Part shown: one piece after another, positions 20,429 to 31,700 of the stretch
Position numbering within the stretch: position 1 is the first letter of the stretch
Layout: each line of letters begins with the position of its first letter
NCBI GenBank assembly: GCA_963675495.1
Contig: OY776215.1
Coordinates: forward strand, 800,001 to 864,000
Reading direction: 5' to 3'
Source of the DNA: an uncultured Methanolobus sp.
GTDB lineage: Archaea; Halobacteriota; Methanosarcinia; Methanosarcinales; Methanosarcinaceae
Length of the DNA: 64,000 nucleotides
The notes under the pieces: generated by a model
The model's input: the letters and a program-made list of their open reading frames with translations, nothing else
The model's database searches: none
Told to the model about the DNA's origin: nothing
Translations under genes and position numbers: made by a program

Positions 20429-21931
20429 TTATGACCTCCTGGCATACAGTTTGCTGATATCATCACTTGTTATCATACCAACGATGTGTTTGTCCTTATT
20501 TATCACTGGCATTGCGGAAACTGAATCCTGACCCATCCTCCTTGCAACAACAGCTACCCGTTCATCAGCACTGGCCGTTATGACCTTACGTGTCATTATA
20601 TCCTCCACAAGATCGAACTTGTTCTGGGAAACAGCTTTTGAAATGTCCCAGGCAGTGACGACACCGGCAAGGGTTCCATCGGCACTGACAACAGGAAGAT
20701 GGTTAAAATCAGTATCCATTATGATCTTAGCCGCATCGTAAACACTTGCACCCTTAGTAATTGTTACCACACTGACTGCCATGATATCAGAAACAAGTGC
20801 TATACCCTCAGTCTGTTTCATCGGTTTTGCAGATATATCCTTTGGAAGCCTCTCAACAGGCATTGACACAAAGAAATCACCTTTAGAGATCCATTCCTTG
20901 AGTTCAGATGCAATTATTCTTGATTTCTTGAAACTTGACAGAGAAGATGTAGGAACATCACGTCCGTTTATCTCAACATGTCCGCTGCGCAGCTCTTCAT
21001 AAGTTACATCGCGCACTGCAGCCCTGTCCCTGCTGGGAATACCATAATCTAAGATCTTTGTAGTGACACCAGCATCAGTTACAGCTGTAGCCTGCGCGAT
21101 CTGCTCATTTAAGACAGGGATTGGAATACCCATTCCAACATAAAGGGAGGTGCCATATCCAGTGAAATTTGCAGCTCGTATGTAATCAGGACTCATGTGC
21201 TTAAGGTCCCCCTGAACCATAAGAGTTCCAAAACCGCCTCCTGAAGAATGCTGAGTTCCCTGACCAACTATATATCCCTGGGCACCTCCCAGGAATATCC
21301 TGGTTCCTGAACCAATGGTCATGTAATCAGGATCGTTGGATAGAGGTGAGAGGACTCCGGCACCGGAATAGGTGACATTTCCAAATGAAGGGAGCAATGA
21401 GCCCATATAAGTGTGTATCGTGCCCTTTGTACCATTTGTTGCAGCATTGTATTTCTGATATGCATTACGAGGATTCATCATTATGGCTTCATTCATGTCT
21501 TCAAGAGACAGAGTTGTATCAAGCACTTTTCGAGGATAACAGTCAGTTCCATGTGAGGTTGCATGAAGGTGGACAGACTTACCCCTTATCAGATCTTCTA
21601 TCACATGAGCTCCACCGTATTCCATACCCAGTGACTCAGATACCTGAGTCGCTCCAATAAAAGCATCCACAGCAGCAACACCCGTGTAAGCTTCAACATC
21701 GTTCAAAAATACTTTCTGCATCTTAATTGGAGGTTCCGAATGACCGAAGTTCAACCAGACGCCTGATGAACACATAGCACCGAAAGTACCGGTAGTTACG
21801 ACATCGACTTCTTTTGCAGCACCTTCTGCACCCAGTTCACCCACAATGTGAACCATTTCTTCGGCAGTGACCACATTGACACTTCCATCTCTTATTCTAC
21901 CGTTGATTTCATGAATTGTTTTTTTGACCAT
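20429..21931 (-). CDS. L-aspartate semialdehyde sulfurtransferase (DUF39 + CBS; homocysteine biosynthesis)
   Basis: VDVVTTGTFGAMCSSG, YGGAHVIEDL, TDCYP, NPRNAYQ, C-terminal CBS pair; adjacent NIL-ferredoxin. Confidence 0.9.
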   Translation of the reverse strand: MVKKTIHEINGRIRDGSVNVVTAEEMVHIVGELGAEGAAKEVDVVTTGTFGAMCSSGVWLNFGHSEPPIKMQKVFLNDVEAYTGVAAVDAFIGATQVSESLGMEYGGAHVIEDLIRGKSVHLHATSHGTDCYPRKVLDTTLSLEDMNEAIMMNPRNAYQKYNAATNGTKGTIHTYMGSLLPSFGNVTYSGAGVLSPLSNDPDYMTIGSGTRIFLGGAQGYIVGQGTQHSSGGGFGTLMVQGDLKHMSPDYIRAANFTGYGTSLYVGMGIPIPVLNEQIAQATAVTDAGVTTKILDYGIPSRDRAAVRDVTYEELRSGHVEINGRDVPTSSLSSFKKSRIIASELKEWISKGDFFVSMPVERLPKDISAKPMKQTEGIALVSDIMAVSVVTITKGASVYDAAKIIMDTDFNHLPVVSADGTLAGVVTAWDISKAVSQNKFDLVEDIMTRKVITASADERVAVVARRMGQDSVSAMPVINKDKHIVGMITSDDISKLYARRS

Positions 21932-22095
21932 TCGATATACCTCTAATACCAGAAAGTAATTTTTTGGCAACTATATATTACTTATGGTAATGTGACTTTG
22001 AAACAACATATTCAGGAATACACAGAAATAACAGAGAGGGAGTATAATTGCAGTTCTTAATAAAAGTTGTCATTCTAAATTTGTCAGTTCAATCT

Positions 22096-24483
22096 TTAAA
22101 ACTCATCATACATCTTTACAGTAAACCAAAAAGTGCTTCCTTTACCTGCCTTATTGTCAACAACATGAAGTTCTTCCCCATGACACTTCAACGCCATTTT
22201 AGCAATTGCAAGCCCAAGACCTTTTCCCTGAACAGAAGAAGACCCTGCCCTTTTGAATCTGCCAAATATCCTTAGTTTATCTTCATCTGAGATACCGGGA
22301 CCAAGATCTGACACACTTACATTCCATTTGTTACCTGCCTCAGTAATATCCACAATTACCTCACCACCCTCTGGCGAGTATTTTATGGCATTTGACATCA
22401 GATTGAAAAATACCTCTTCCAAAATTGGATTCACATAAGCAGGGCAAACCTCAGGAGAGACCAGTACAATTTTGACATCATTATCCAGAACTTTATCGTT
22501 GAGCCTTGCCCGAGAATTATTAAAAAACCATCTAAGATCCAACATCTGAGTGGGCATATCTGTTGAACAATTCATTTTTGCGAAAACGGAAGCTGATTCT
22601 ATTGTTTTTCTTAATTTTCCAGTAGCTTTACTAATATTATCAAGAAAATGCTTTTTTCCCTCATCATCTTCAATACCAGACAGATATTCAACAAATCCTT
22701 CTATTATGGAAACTGAACTTGTAAGGTCGTGACTGGTAACATCAGCAAACATGTCTTTGAGCTCATTTGAGTGTTCCAACTGATTTGAATGTTCTCTGAT
22801 TGCTTTTTCAAATGCCCGTCTTTCACTTATATCCCGCCCTATCAACACCATATATGTGCTATCTTCGTTCTCCACAAATGCAAAACTTATGTCCACAGGA
22901 AAGGATGTTCCATTTTTTCGCATAAACTCAGACTCTAGCAACAAAGACCCTTTGTCAGCTACTTTACTGGAAATATCATGCATGTTCAGCCCTTTTATGA
23001 AACAATCCGGTTCAAAGATATTCTGAGCCATTATTTCAGATTCAAAGTAACCGAGGTCTTGAAATATCCGGTCACTTACATAGATAAACTTCTTGGATAC
23101 CGCATCAAGAACCATGATGTAATCAGTAGACTGGTTCATCAGTTTCTTATAGAGTTCTAAAGAGCTGAATGACTCCCGTAATCTAATAGTATCGGCGAGT
23201 ATGGTCGAAACAGATTGCAGGAAATTAATTTCATGCTCTGAAAACTTTTTTTTCCTGTCTGTATGAACACACAATATTCCAAAAGGTTCGGTCTTGTTTC
23301 CGATTATAACACTTGCTCCACTAACAACATCTTGTTCATAGAGAAAACGTGGTATTTTAAAGCGTTTTTCACTGCTCAGATCATCAATAATAACCGGGTT
23401 GCCGGTAAATACCGTGTATCCTGCCTGTGAACCTTCATCTTTGTCTACCACAACAGAACCAATACCCCAATCACTCCACCCATATCCATACCTCAGGAGA
23501 AAACGTCCATCAGGAAGTTTTTCCATTATAGTTCCATACTTCACATCGAGTGCATTTGCTATAAGCTCCACAGTATAGTTCATCAGGTCATTTACATCAT
23601 TGCAGGAAAGAGCTTTTTCTCCAAGTTTTGAGAGAGAGCTTTGCTGAAGATTTGTATTCTTCAGTTCCTGTTCAAATCTTTTCCTTTCATCAATATCAAG
23701 AATAGCACCATGAAAATGAGTAATGTTCTGATATTTATCACGAACAGCATATGACCTTGCAAGAACCCAACGAGATTCCCCATTTGCGGTTAAAAGCATA
23801 TATTCTTTTGAGAAATAATTCCCTGTGAAGAAACAAACCATATCTTTTACAGCTTCCAGATGATCAGGATGTATAATATCTGCATACGAGAGTTTCCCGG
23901 ATTTGAAATCATCAGGGTCATATCCAAATTGAACTACATTATCCGACACATATTCTACAGACCATGCATCATCTCCTTTCCATAGAAATGATACGAACGG
24001 AAGATGTGAAGCATCCAGTTCATCGCACCCAAAAAAAGATTTGTTTGAACAAACTGTTTTAACCGTTTCATCTTTGAGAAGAAACATCATGCCATTAAAA
24101 CCACCTTCATTCTCAAATGATGGAATGCTATCACATGAAAAATATTTCAAGCAACCATCGTGGGTTACTATTTGTACAGGATCGTTTTGATTGAGGTTTT
24201 CCATCTGTTTTGCTGAAAGCATGCACTCGAACAAAGAAGAGTACTCTTTCATTATTGTTGAAGAAAGATGGTTCAGATCGTTCCCTATGATGTCTGAATC
24301 AATAACTCCTGTGAGGGCCTGAAAGACTTTGTTAAAATAAAGGACCTTGTCTTTTTTATCCAGACAAATGACCCCTATATCAAGCTTAGAAAATACATCT
24401 GTATAATCGCATTGCAACGTTTTTGGTAGAATTAAAGAATTACTATTAAGCTCTCCCTGACTGGCAGACATTTTTACCCCCAC
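22096..24483 (-). CDS. PAS/GAF sensor histidine kinase
   Basis: PAS/PAC and GAF segments; SHDL H-box, NLMSNAIKYS, DLGPGI, GKGLGL. Confidence 0.9.
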   Translation of the reverse strand: MGVKMSASQGELNSNSLILPKTLQCDYTDVFSKLDIGVICLDKKDKVLYFNKVFQALTGVIDSDIIGNDLNHLSSTIMKEYSSLFECMLSAKQMENLNQNDPVQIVTHDGCLKYFSCDSIPSFENEGGFNGMMFLLKDETVKTVCSNKSFFGCDELDASHLPFVSFLWKGDDAWSVEYVSDNVVQFGYDPDDFKSGKLSYADIIHPDHLEAVKDMVCFFTGNYFSKEYMLLTANGESRWVLARSYAVRDKYQNITHFHGAILDIDERKRFEQELKNTNLQQSSLSKLGEKALSCNDVNDLMNYTVELIANALDVKYGTIMEKLPDGRFLLRYGYGWSDWGIGSVVVDKDEGSQAGYTVFTGNPVIIDDLSSEKRFKIPRFLYEQDVVSGASVIIGNKTEPFGILCVHTDRKKKFSEHEINFLQSVSTILADTIRLRESFSSLELYKKLMNQSTDYIMVLDAVSKKFIYVSDRIFQDLGYFESEIMAQNIFEPDCFIKGLNMHDISSKVADKGSLLLESEFMRKNGTSFPVDISFAFVENEDSTYMVLIGRDISERRAFEKAIREHSNQLEHSNELKDMFADVTSHDLTSSVSIIEGFVEYLSGIEDDEGKKHFLDNISKATGKLRKTIESASVFAKMNCSTDMPTQMLDLRWFFNNSRARLNDKVLDNDVKIVLVSPEVCPAYVNPILEEVFFNLMSNAIKYSPEGGEVIVDITEAGNKWNVSVSDLGPGISDEDKLRIFGRFKRAGSSSVQGKGLGLAIAKMALKCHGEELHVVDNKAGKGSTFWFTVKMYDEF

Positions 24484-24596
24484 GGCTACATACTCTGCAA
24501 AACTAAATAATAGTTATATGTAATACATATATACATGTCGGTATAAATTAATCAGTGAATATAAATTATAGGGAAAAAAGAGTAGAAAAAGTTTAA

Positions 24597-25136
24597 TTAA
24601 TCAATTTGAACTGGGCGAGCTAATCCTAGCTCTTTCATATCCATAACAACTTCAAGGACACCATTTAGATACGTTGCCTTTGCAGTATCCGGATCCACAC
24701 TCGAAGGAAGTTCGATGCTTTCTGAATAAGACATTACTTCAGTCTGTGCATCCAGTTCAAGCAATGTTTCGGTGACATTCAGGTTAATATCTTCCTTTTC
24801 TACATCAGGAAGCTCTACCACAACATGAATTTTCTCATTGATTTCAAAAACGTCTATCAAAGGCTTTCTTTCATTTACCCTGAACTGTTGTTTTACAGAT
24901 TCCAGTCCATCATTTTCATCACCATCGGGAAAGACGTTCCCAAACTCCCTGATCTCCGGCTCTTCACCGGGATGCCTGGATACGGAAAAACCGTAGAAGA
25001 ATGGTTGCGTTTCGAAATCATCGAGGTTGATACCGAACTTATCCATCATGTGATCTATGATATCCTCTATATCACCAAAGTTACCTTCCTCAAAGATATC
25101 ATCAAAAAATCCTCGCTTTCTTCTTTTGTCAGCCAT
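24597..25136 (-). CDS. hsp20: Archaeal small heat shock protein Hsp20
   Basis: YGFS, IREFGN, PLIDV, ELPDV.KEDI, ATYLNGVLEV. Confidence 0.9.
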   Translation of the reverse strand: MADKRRKRGFFDDIFEEGNFGDIEDIIDHMMDKFGINLDDFETQPFFYGFSVSRHPGEEPEIREFGNVFPDGDENDGLESVKQQFRVNERKPLIDVFEINEKIHVVVELPDVEKEDINLNVTETLLELDAQTEVMSYSESIELPSSVDPDTAKATYLNGVLEVVMDMKELGLARPVQID

Positions 25137-25302
25137 TGGTAATCACCGCTTTGGTAGCTAGATGGGATTGGCACTATTTATCTTTTGGCAACTATTTCAT
25201 CCTTTTGGGAAACGGAATTTAAAATAAGGGTTAGATAACAATATCAATCAATACTTATATGAAAAATAATCAATATATTATCAATAGTTGATAGTGAGTG
25301 AA

Positions 25303-25509
25303 ATGATGGAAATGCAATCATTTATTCTTAAGAATTTCATGGGAAAAGATGTTTCCGTGTATTGTGGAGGAATAATTACATTCCGGGGAAATGTAAAAGC
25401 TTGCAACGATGGAGTCCTTACACTTGAGATAACAGACCGACGCTATTCACACATTTCAATTAGCAAGATAATTACGGTCCAGCCTGACCAAAATCCCGAT
25501 GATGCCTGA
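25303..25509 (+). CDS. Small Sm/Lsm-like fold protein (MM0924-like)
   Basis: MQSFI....GK.V.VYCGG...FRG.V....DGVLTL pattern; start uncertain. Confidence 0.6.
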   Translation: MMEMQSFILKNFMGKDVSVYCGGIITFRGNVKACNDGVLTLEITDRRYSHISISKIITVQPDQNPDDA

Positions 25510-25661
25510 AGTATTATTGAGCCACTTTTTCAAGCTACGATATTAGTTGCAAATGTACGATATTTTCATCAGATTTCAAAGATGAGCAGACCATACTTCT
25601 GTAATGTTTATAATTTGATGCAGTTCAATAACGAAAAAAACAGCTACTGAGGAATATATCA

Positions 25662-27008
25662 ATGGATATGGAATATGATGCTTTTGTAATAGGTACCGGA
25701 GTTGCAGGTTCTTCACTTGCATACAAACTCAACAATGCAGGAATGAAAGTTGCCATTGCAGACAAGGATAAGTACGGAGGGATTTGTGCATTTCATGGAT
25801 GCATTCCTAAGAAGATACTTAGTGGTGCTGCCGATATCGTGGCTTCCGGTAAGAGGATGAAAAATAAAGGTATAAAATGTGATAATTATCTTCAATGGCC
25901 GGAGTTGATCGATTTTAAGGATGAACTTGTTCACTCCTTAACAAGTCCTAAAGAAAAGGCATTCATTGATGCAGGGATAGATACCTATCACGGTAAAGTG
26001 AGTTTTCATGACAGTAACACACTGGCTATTGGAGACAAACTCATATCTTCGAAGTACATCCTTGTAACTGTCGGAGCAAGATCAAAGCCTATTGATATGC
26101 CCGGAGCAAAACTTCTCACAACCAGTGATGAGTTCCTTGACCTGAAAGAATTCCCTAAGAAGATAATCTTTGTAGGTGGTGGCTATATTTCATTTGAATT
26201 TGCACACATAGCTGCAAGAGCAGGTGCAGACGTCACGCTAGTCCATAGAGGAGAGAACATTCTCAAGACCTTTGACACTGACCTTGTGAATATGCTGATA
26301 AAAGCATCGGAAAAAGCAGGAATCAGAATCCATACAGATCAGGAGCTTATAAGGATAGAAAAGAAGAGAGGTTCTCTTGAATTAAATGTTTATGATAGTA
26401 AAAAGCAGAAAGATATCATCCATGAATGCGACATGGTGGTCCATGGACTTGGAAGGGTTCCTGCCATAGATGGCCTTGAACCTGAAAAAGGCGGAGTGGA
26501 TATCGAACATGGCGCCATTGATGTCAATGAGTATCTGCAAAGCGTATCAAATCCTTCAGTATATGCCGCAGGAGATTGTATAATCCCCGGACCTGCACTT
26601 ACCCCAACTGCAAGTCTTCAGGCACACATAGTTGCATCCAATATACTGGATGGAAACAAACATACAGCAGACTACACAGAAATAGCCTCTGCAGTATTTA
26701 CCATTCCCACACTTGCAGCAGTGGGAATAATGGAAAAGGATGCTACTGACAAACACAAAGTCTTGTTCAATGATATGAGCCAGTATTATTCTGCAAAGAA
26801 AACTAACCTTGGATTTTCTGCATCCAAGATAATTGTCGAGAAAGACACCGGAAAAATAGTAGGAGCACACGTCATTGGACCAAATGCGGAAGATACTATC
26901 AACCTTTTTACTCTGGCTATAAAAGCAGGACTTACCGCGGACCAGGTAAGGGAACCCATGTACGCCTATCCTGCAAGCAGTTACGATGTGAAGTATATGC
27001 TCAAATAA
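25662..27008 (+). CDS. Pyridine nucleotide-disulfide oxidoreductase (glutathione reductase/DLD family)
   Basis: IGTGVAG, GGICAFHGCIPKK redox disulfide, GGGYI, YAAGD, AVFTIP. Confidence 0.9.
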   Translation: MDMEYDAFVIGTGVAGSSLAYKLNNAGMKVAIADKDKYGGICAFHGCIPKKILSGAADIVASGKRMKNKGIKCDNYLQWPELIDFKDELVHSLTSPKEKAFIDAGIDTYHGKVSFHDSNTLAIGDKLISSKYILVTVGARSKPIDMPGAKLLTTSDEFLDLKEFPKKIIFVGGGYISFEFAHIAARAGADVTLVHRGENILKTFDTDLVNMLIKASEKAGIRIHTDQELIRIEKKRGSLELNVYDSKKQKDIIHECDMVVHGLGRVPAIDGLEPEKGGVDIEHGAIDVNEYLQSVSNPSVYAAGDCIIPGPALTPTASLQAHIVASNILDGNKHTADYTEIASAVFTIPTLAAVGIMEKDATDKHKVLFNDMSQYYSAKKTNLGFSASKIIVEKDTGKIVGAHVIGPNAEDTINLFTLAIKAGLTADQVREPMYAYPASSYDVKYMLK

Positions 27009-27031
27009 GAGCATACTTTTTTTCAAAAATA

Positions 27032-28330
27032 TTATTCAGTTGAAAGATCAAAGGAACGAAGACGCAGGGCTAGTACAAATACAAGATAGATTATAAGCGC
27101 AGATACTATGAATGCACCTCTTCCCATGAGTTCATAGATGAAACCGCCCCCGATCAGTCCCAGAATACTGGCGATGCTCATAAAACTGCCCGAAACTCCC
27201 TGAACAAGTCCTTGATTTTCATTTCCTGCAAGCTTTGATAACATGGACTGTATGGAAGGCCACATGAAACCGTTGCCAACTGCGAAAAATATCGCTGCAA
27301 CATACGTAAGTAATGTACTACCAAAGGCCAGAAGCACAAAATTACTCCCGAGTATCAGGCTCCCTGATATTATCAGAAAAACGTCCGAATATCTTTTGGA
27401 AACGTATGAGAGTACCGGCCCTTCGACTATCACAAGCATGATACTCAGGAAAGAAAAATAGAAACCAAGCTCTGCAATACTCCATTGAAGATCATTTGCT
27501 GCATGCACCGGGAAAGCCGTATAGAAGGCATTGAAACCAAGGAAGATAAGGAAGTATATAAGGAACATATAAGGTATGTGCTTTAATTTCATCACATCCC
27601 TGAACTTCTGCTTTTGTAGGGGTGCACTGTCAACACATCCACCTGGTTTATCAGACATTACGGATAATTCTGCCGGAATCTTGTTCTTTGAGACGCACCT
27701 ACGGGACTCTGGTACATAGAATGCTATCAGTACGACACCTGCCAGAGATATCAGAATAGCTGCAAGCACCGGAAGAGCTTCACCATATATGGTAACACTG
27801 AGAATTCCGGCAAGTGCAGGCCCGACAATAAAACCAAGATTTGTGGAAACTGACATTTTTCCGAAATTCTTGCTTCTGTCCTTATCCTCGGTAATATCAG
27901 CGATGTAGGCGTTTGAAACGGAAACATTGCCTCCGGTAAGTCCGTCAAATCCCCTTGCAATGAAGAGAAGAACAAGAGGAACTGTAATTACAAAAGAACC
28001 CAGTATTCCGGAACTTACAGGCACCAGCACGGCTACCGGTACAAAAAGAGCGATGAAGAAAATTATCCATGAGAGAAGTGTTCCTGCCTGACTTAAAAAA
28101 AGAACCTTTTTCCTGCCATATGTATCAGACCATCGTCCCAAAAGCGGAGAGCCTATTAACTGGAAAACAGGATACATTGAAGACATAATACCGTAAATCA
28201 GTGCATTGCCGCCGAACCTTTCAACAAGAAATATGAGGAAAGGCAAAACTAAACTAAGCCCCATGGTGCCGATAAAATTCACCAGAAGAAGAGGGTAGAT
28301 AGATATATCCCTTGTTCCTTTGCCAGCCAT
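27032..28330 (-). CDS. MFS transporter (TetA/DHA1-like)
   Basis: GRWSDTYGRKK motif A, RGFDGLTGG, AYIADIT, GFIVGPALAG, ~12 TM. Confidence 0.9.
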   Translation of the reverse strand: MAGKGTRDISIYPLLLVNFIGTMGLSLVLPFLIFLVERFGGNALIYGIMSSMYPVFQLIGSPLLGRWSDTYGRKKVLFLSQAGTLLSWIIFFIALFVPVAVLVPVSSGILGSFVITVPLVLLFIARGFDGLTGGNVSVSNAYIADITEDKDRSKNFGKMSVSTNLGFIVGPALAGILSVTIYGEALPVLAAILISLAGVVLIAFYVPESRRCVSKNKIPAELSVMSDKPGGCVDSAPLQKQKFRDVMKLKHIPYMFLIYFLIFLGFNAFYTAFPVHAANDLQWSIAELGFYFSFLSIMLVIVEGPVLSYVSKRYSDVFLIISGSLILGSNFVLLAFGSTLLTYVAAIFFAVGNGFMWPSIQSMLSKLAGNENQGLVQGVSGSFMSIASILGLIGGGFIYELMGRGAFIVSALIIYLVFVLALRLRSFDLSTE

Positions 28331-28790
28331 TTTCTCAATTATTTTAGGGTGCAGCTAATATATGACGCTTTTGTGACTTTTGGGATGATACAAAAATAGC
28401 CATATTGGGATCACAGCTCAGTTCTCCCTGAATATATTTCATTTTTCCTTAGCATCATCGACTTAATCCGATTGATTCACCACAAACCAGATAGTTAAGT
28501 TTCTTTTCAGACCTCAAAGACAAACTATACTGTAAATAACGCATTATTATATATAACACATATATTAATACAATTATAAATAGAGCCATATTCTTAATTT
28601 GAATTAAGTTTTATCGGGAAAACGACATGTGATGATCAGAAACGAGTCGATTATAAAATGCGAGTTTCTGTGAGAGGGAATCATGATACAAAATTTATCG
28701 ATTGAGAAGAATGAAATGAATTCAAAAAAACACATATTGTTAGCTAAACATATGAAAAAACCATACCTGGAGAAAAACATTCTTTTTTAT

Positions 28791-31700
28791 ATGCAACCTC
28801 TCCGTTACATTTTCACCTTCATTGCTGGAATCATCATACTATCATCCATTACTACAGCCGGAGCTTTAGCACCAACCGCTAATTTCACGGCTGATGTGTT
28901 TTCCGGTTTAGCACCACTCACTGTAAACTTTGCCGATGAATCGTTAAACAGTCCCACAGGCTGGGCATGGTACTTCGGTGACCAGAATCCCTCAGAACCC
29001 TGGGAAGAAATAAACTCAAGTGCAGGATGGTCGAAAAGATACAGCCATAGCAGCGTAGTACTTCCTGATGGTAGCATAGTGCTCATGGGTGGTAACGACG
29101 GCAGCTACAAAAATGACGTATGGAAGTCCATAGACAATGGCACAACATGGACAGAGATTAACTCAAGTGCTGGATGGCAGGGGAGATTTGGCCATAGCAG
29201 CGTTGTACTTCCTGATAGCAGCATTGTGCTTATGGGTGGTAGTTCCTCCAGCGGGTATAAAAATGACGTATGGAGGTCCACAGACGATGGTACAACATGG
29301 AAGGAGATAAACTCAAATGCAGGGTGGTCGGGAAGATATGTCCATACCAGCGTTGTGCTTCCCGATGGTAGTATCGTACTCATGGCCGGTGGCAATGCCA
29401 GCAGCAAAAAGAATGATGTATGGAAGTCCGCAGACAATGGCACAACATGGACGGAAATGAACTCAAGTGCAGGGTGGTCAGGAAGGATTGTTCACAGCAG
29501 TGTTGCACTTTCTGACGGTACTATAGTACTCATGGGTGGTCTTGCCGGTGTTTATAAGAATGATGTGTGGAAATCAACAGATAGCGGTGCAACATGGATC
29601 CAGGTTAACTCTAGTGCAGAATGGATGGAAAGATTAGGGCATAGCAGTGTTGCTCTTCCTGATGATAGCATAGTGCTCATGGGAGGGCGTAGTGTCAACT
29701 TTAAGAATGATGTATGGAAATCAACAGAAAATGGTACAACTTGGACAGAGATAAACTCAAGTGCAGGGTGGACGGAAAGATTAGGTCACACAAGTGTTGT
29801 ACTTCATGATGGCAGTATAGTGTTGATGGGGGGTCGTAATACTACTAACTATAAGAATGATGTATGGAAACTCACAACTGCTGATTCTTCCCAACAGAAT
29901 CCACCTCATGTGTATACTGAACCTGGAATCTATAAGATAGCACTGCAGGCATACAACGATGTAGGCTGCAACAGAACCCTAGTCACCGATTATATTACCG
30001 TTGCCGATACTCCTGTTGCCAACTTCACTGCTGATATTACATCAGGTGTAGTTCCTCTGGTTGTAAACTTTACTGACCTATCCAACAATACCCCCACTTC
30101 CTGGATATGGAACTTTGGTGATGGTACTATTTCTACAGATCAGAATCCTACACACACATATTCAATTGCAGGCACCTATACAGTCAGCCTGAATGCTACA
30201 AATATAGGTAGCAGCAACATAAATACTCAGGAAAATTGCATAGTGGTTGCTGGTGTTCCTGTTGCTAATTTCACATCAAATGTTACGTCAGGTGGAGTAC
30301 CACTTTCTGTTAACTTCACCGATACATCATTGAACAGTCCAACAGGCTGGACATGGTACTTTGACGATGAAGGTTTCTCAGAACCCTGGACAGAAATAAA
30401 CTCAAGTGCGGGATGGAATGGAAGATATGGTCACAGTAGCATTGTACTTCCCGATGGAAGCATAGTACTAATGGGAGGAGGGTCTCCCAGCGGCTATGAG
30501 AATGATGTGTGGAAGTCCATAGACAATGGCACAACATGGAATATGATAAATCCAAACGCAGGATGGTCAGGAAGATACATTCATAGCAGCGTTGTGCTTC
30601 CTGATGGCAGTATTATCCTTATGGGTGGTTACAATGTTAGCGGCATGAAGAATGACGTATGGAAGTCCACAGATAATGGAACAACATGGATAGAAATTAA
30701 TTCAAGTGCTGGATGGTCAGAAAGAACAGGCCATAGCAGCGTTGTGCTTTCTGATGGAAGCATAGTACTTATGGGAGGGTACGATGGCAGCTACAAGAAT
30801 GATGTCTGGAGATCCACAAATAACGGAACAACATGGACAGAGATAAACTCAAGCGCTGGATGGCAGGGAAGATATATTCATACTAGTATTACACTTCCTG
30901 ACGGCAGCATAGTACTGATGGGTGGGGGTTCCTCTGGTGTCCATAATAATGATGTATGGAGGTCTACGGACAAAGGTTACACATGGACAGAGATAAACTC
31001 AAGTGCAGGATGGTCCAAAAGATTTGGTCACAGCAGCGTTTCACTTCCCGATGGAAGTATAATGATTATGGGCGGTCTTGACAACAGTAACACCAGAAAG
31101 AATGACGTATGGAAGTCTACGGATAAAGGTTACACATGGACAGAGGTAAACTCAAGTGCAGGATGGTCAGGAAGAATATGCCGAAACAGCGTTGTACTAC
31201 CTGACGGTAGCGTAGTGTTTATGGGAGGCCATGATGGTAGCAACTTCAAGAATGACGTATGGCACTTTGGAACTGCTGGATCTTCTGAAGAGAATCCATA
31301 TCACACATATACTGCTTCAGGGACATATCAGGTAACATTACAGGCATACAATGCATTTGGATACAACAGCACCCTAGTTACTGATTACATCACGGTTGCT
31401 GTTGCTCCCATTACCAACTTCACGGCTAACACCACATCAGGCACAGCTCCACTTACTGTAAACTTCACCGACCTCTCCACCAATGCTCCTACTTCATGGG
31501 AATGGGATTTCGGTGACGGAACTACATCTATTGACCAGAATTCCATACACACATATGCAACTGCAGGCACCTATAACGTCATTTTAAATGCAACAAATGC
31601 GGGTGGTAGTAATACCATCATGCAGATGAATCATATAAATGTGATTTCTAGCAGTCCTGTCAGTACCATCAGTTCCAGCTCTGACAACTCAGGAACTCGT

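Noticed and set aside
29001-31265. Regular ~147-nt repeats as a possible CRISPR array or DGR
   Set aside because: Repeats are in frame, vary mostly at synonymous positions and encode propeller blades; no unique spacers, cas genes or reverse transcriptase in the window.
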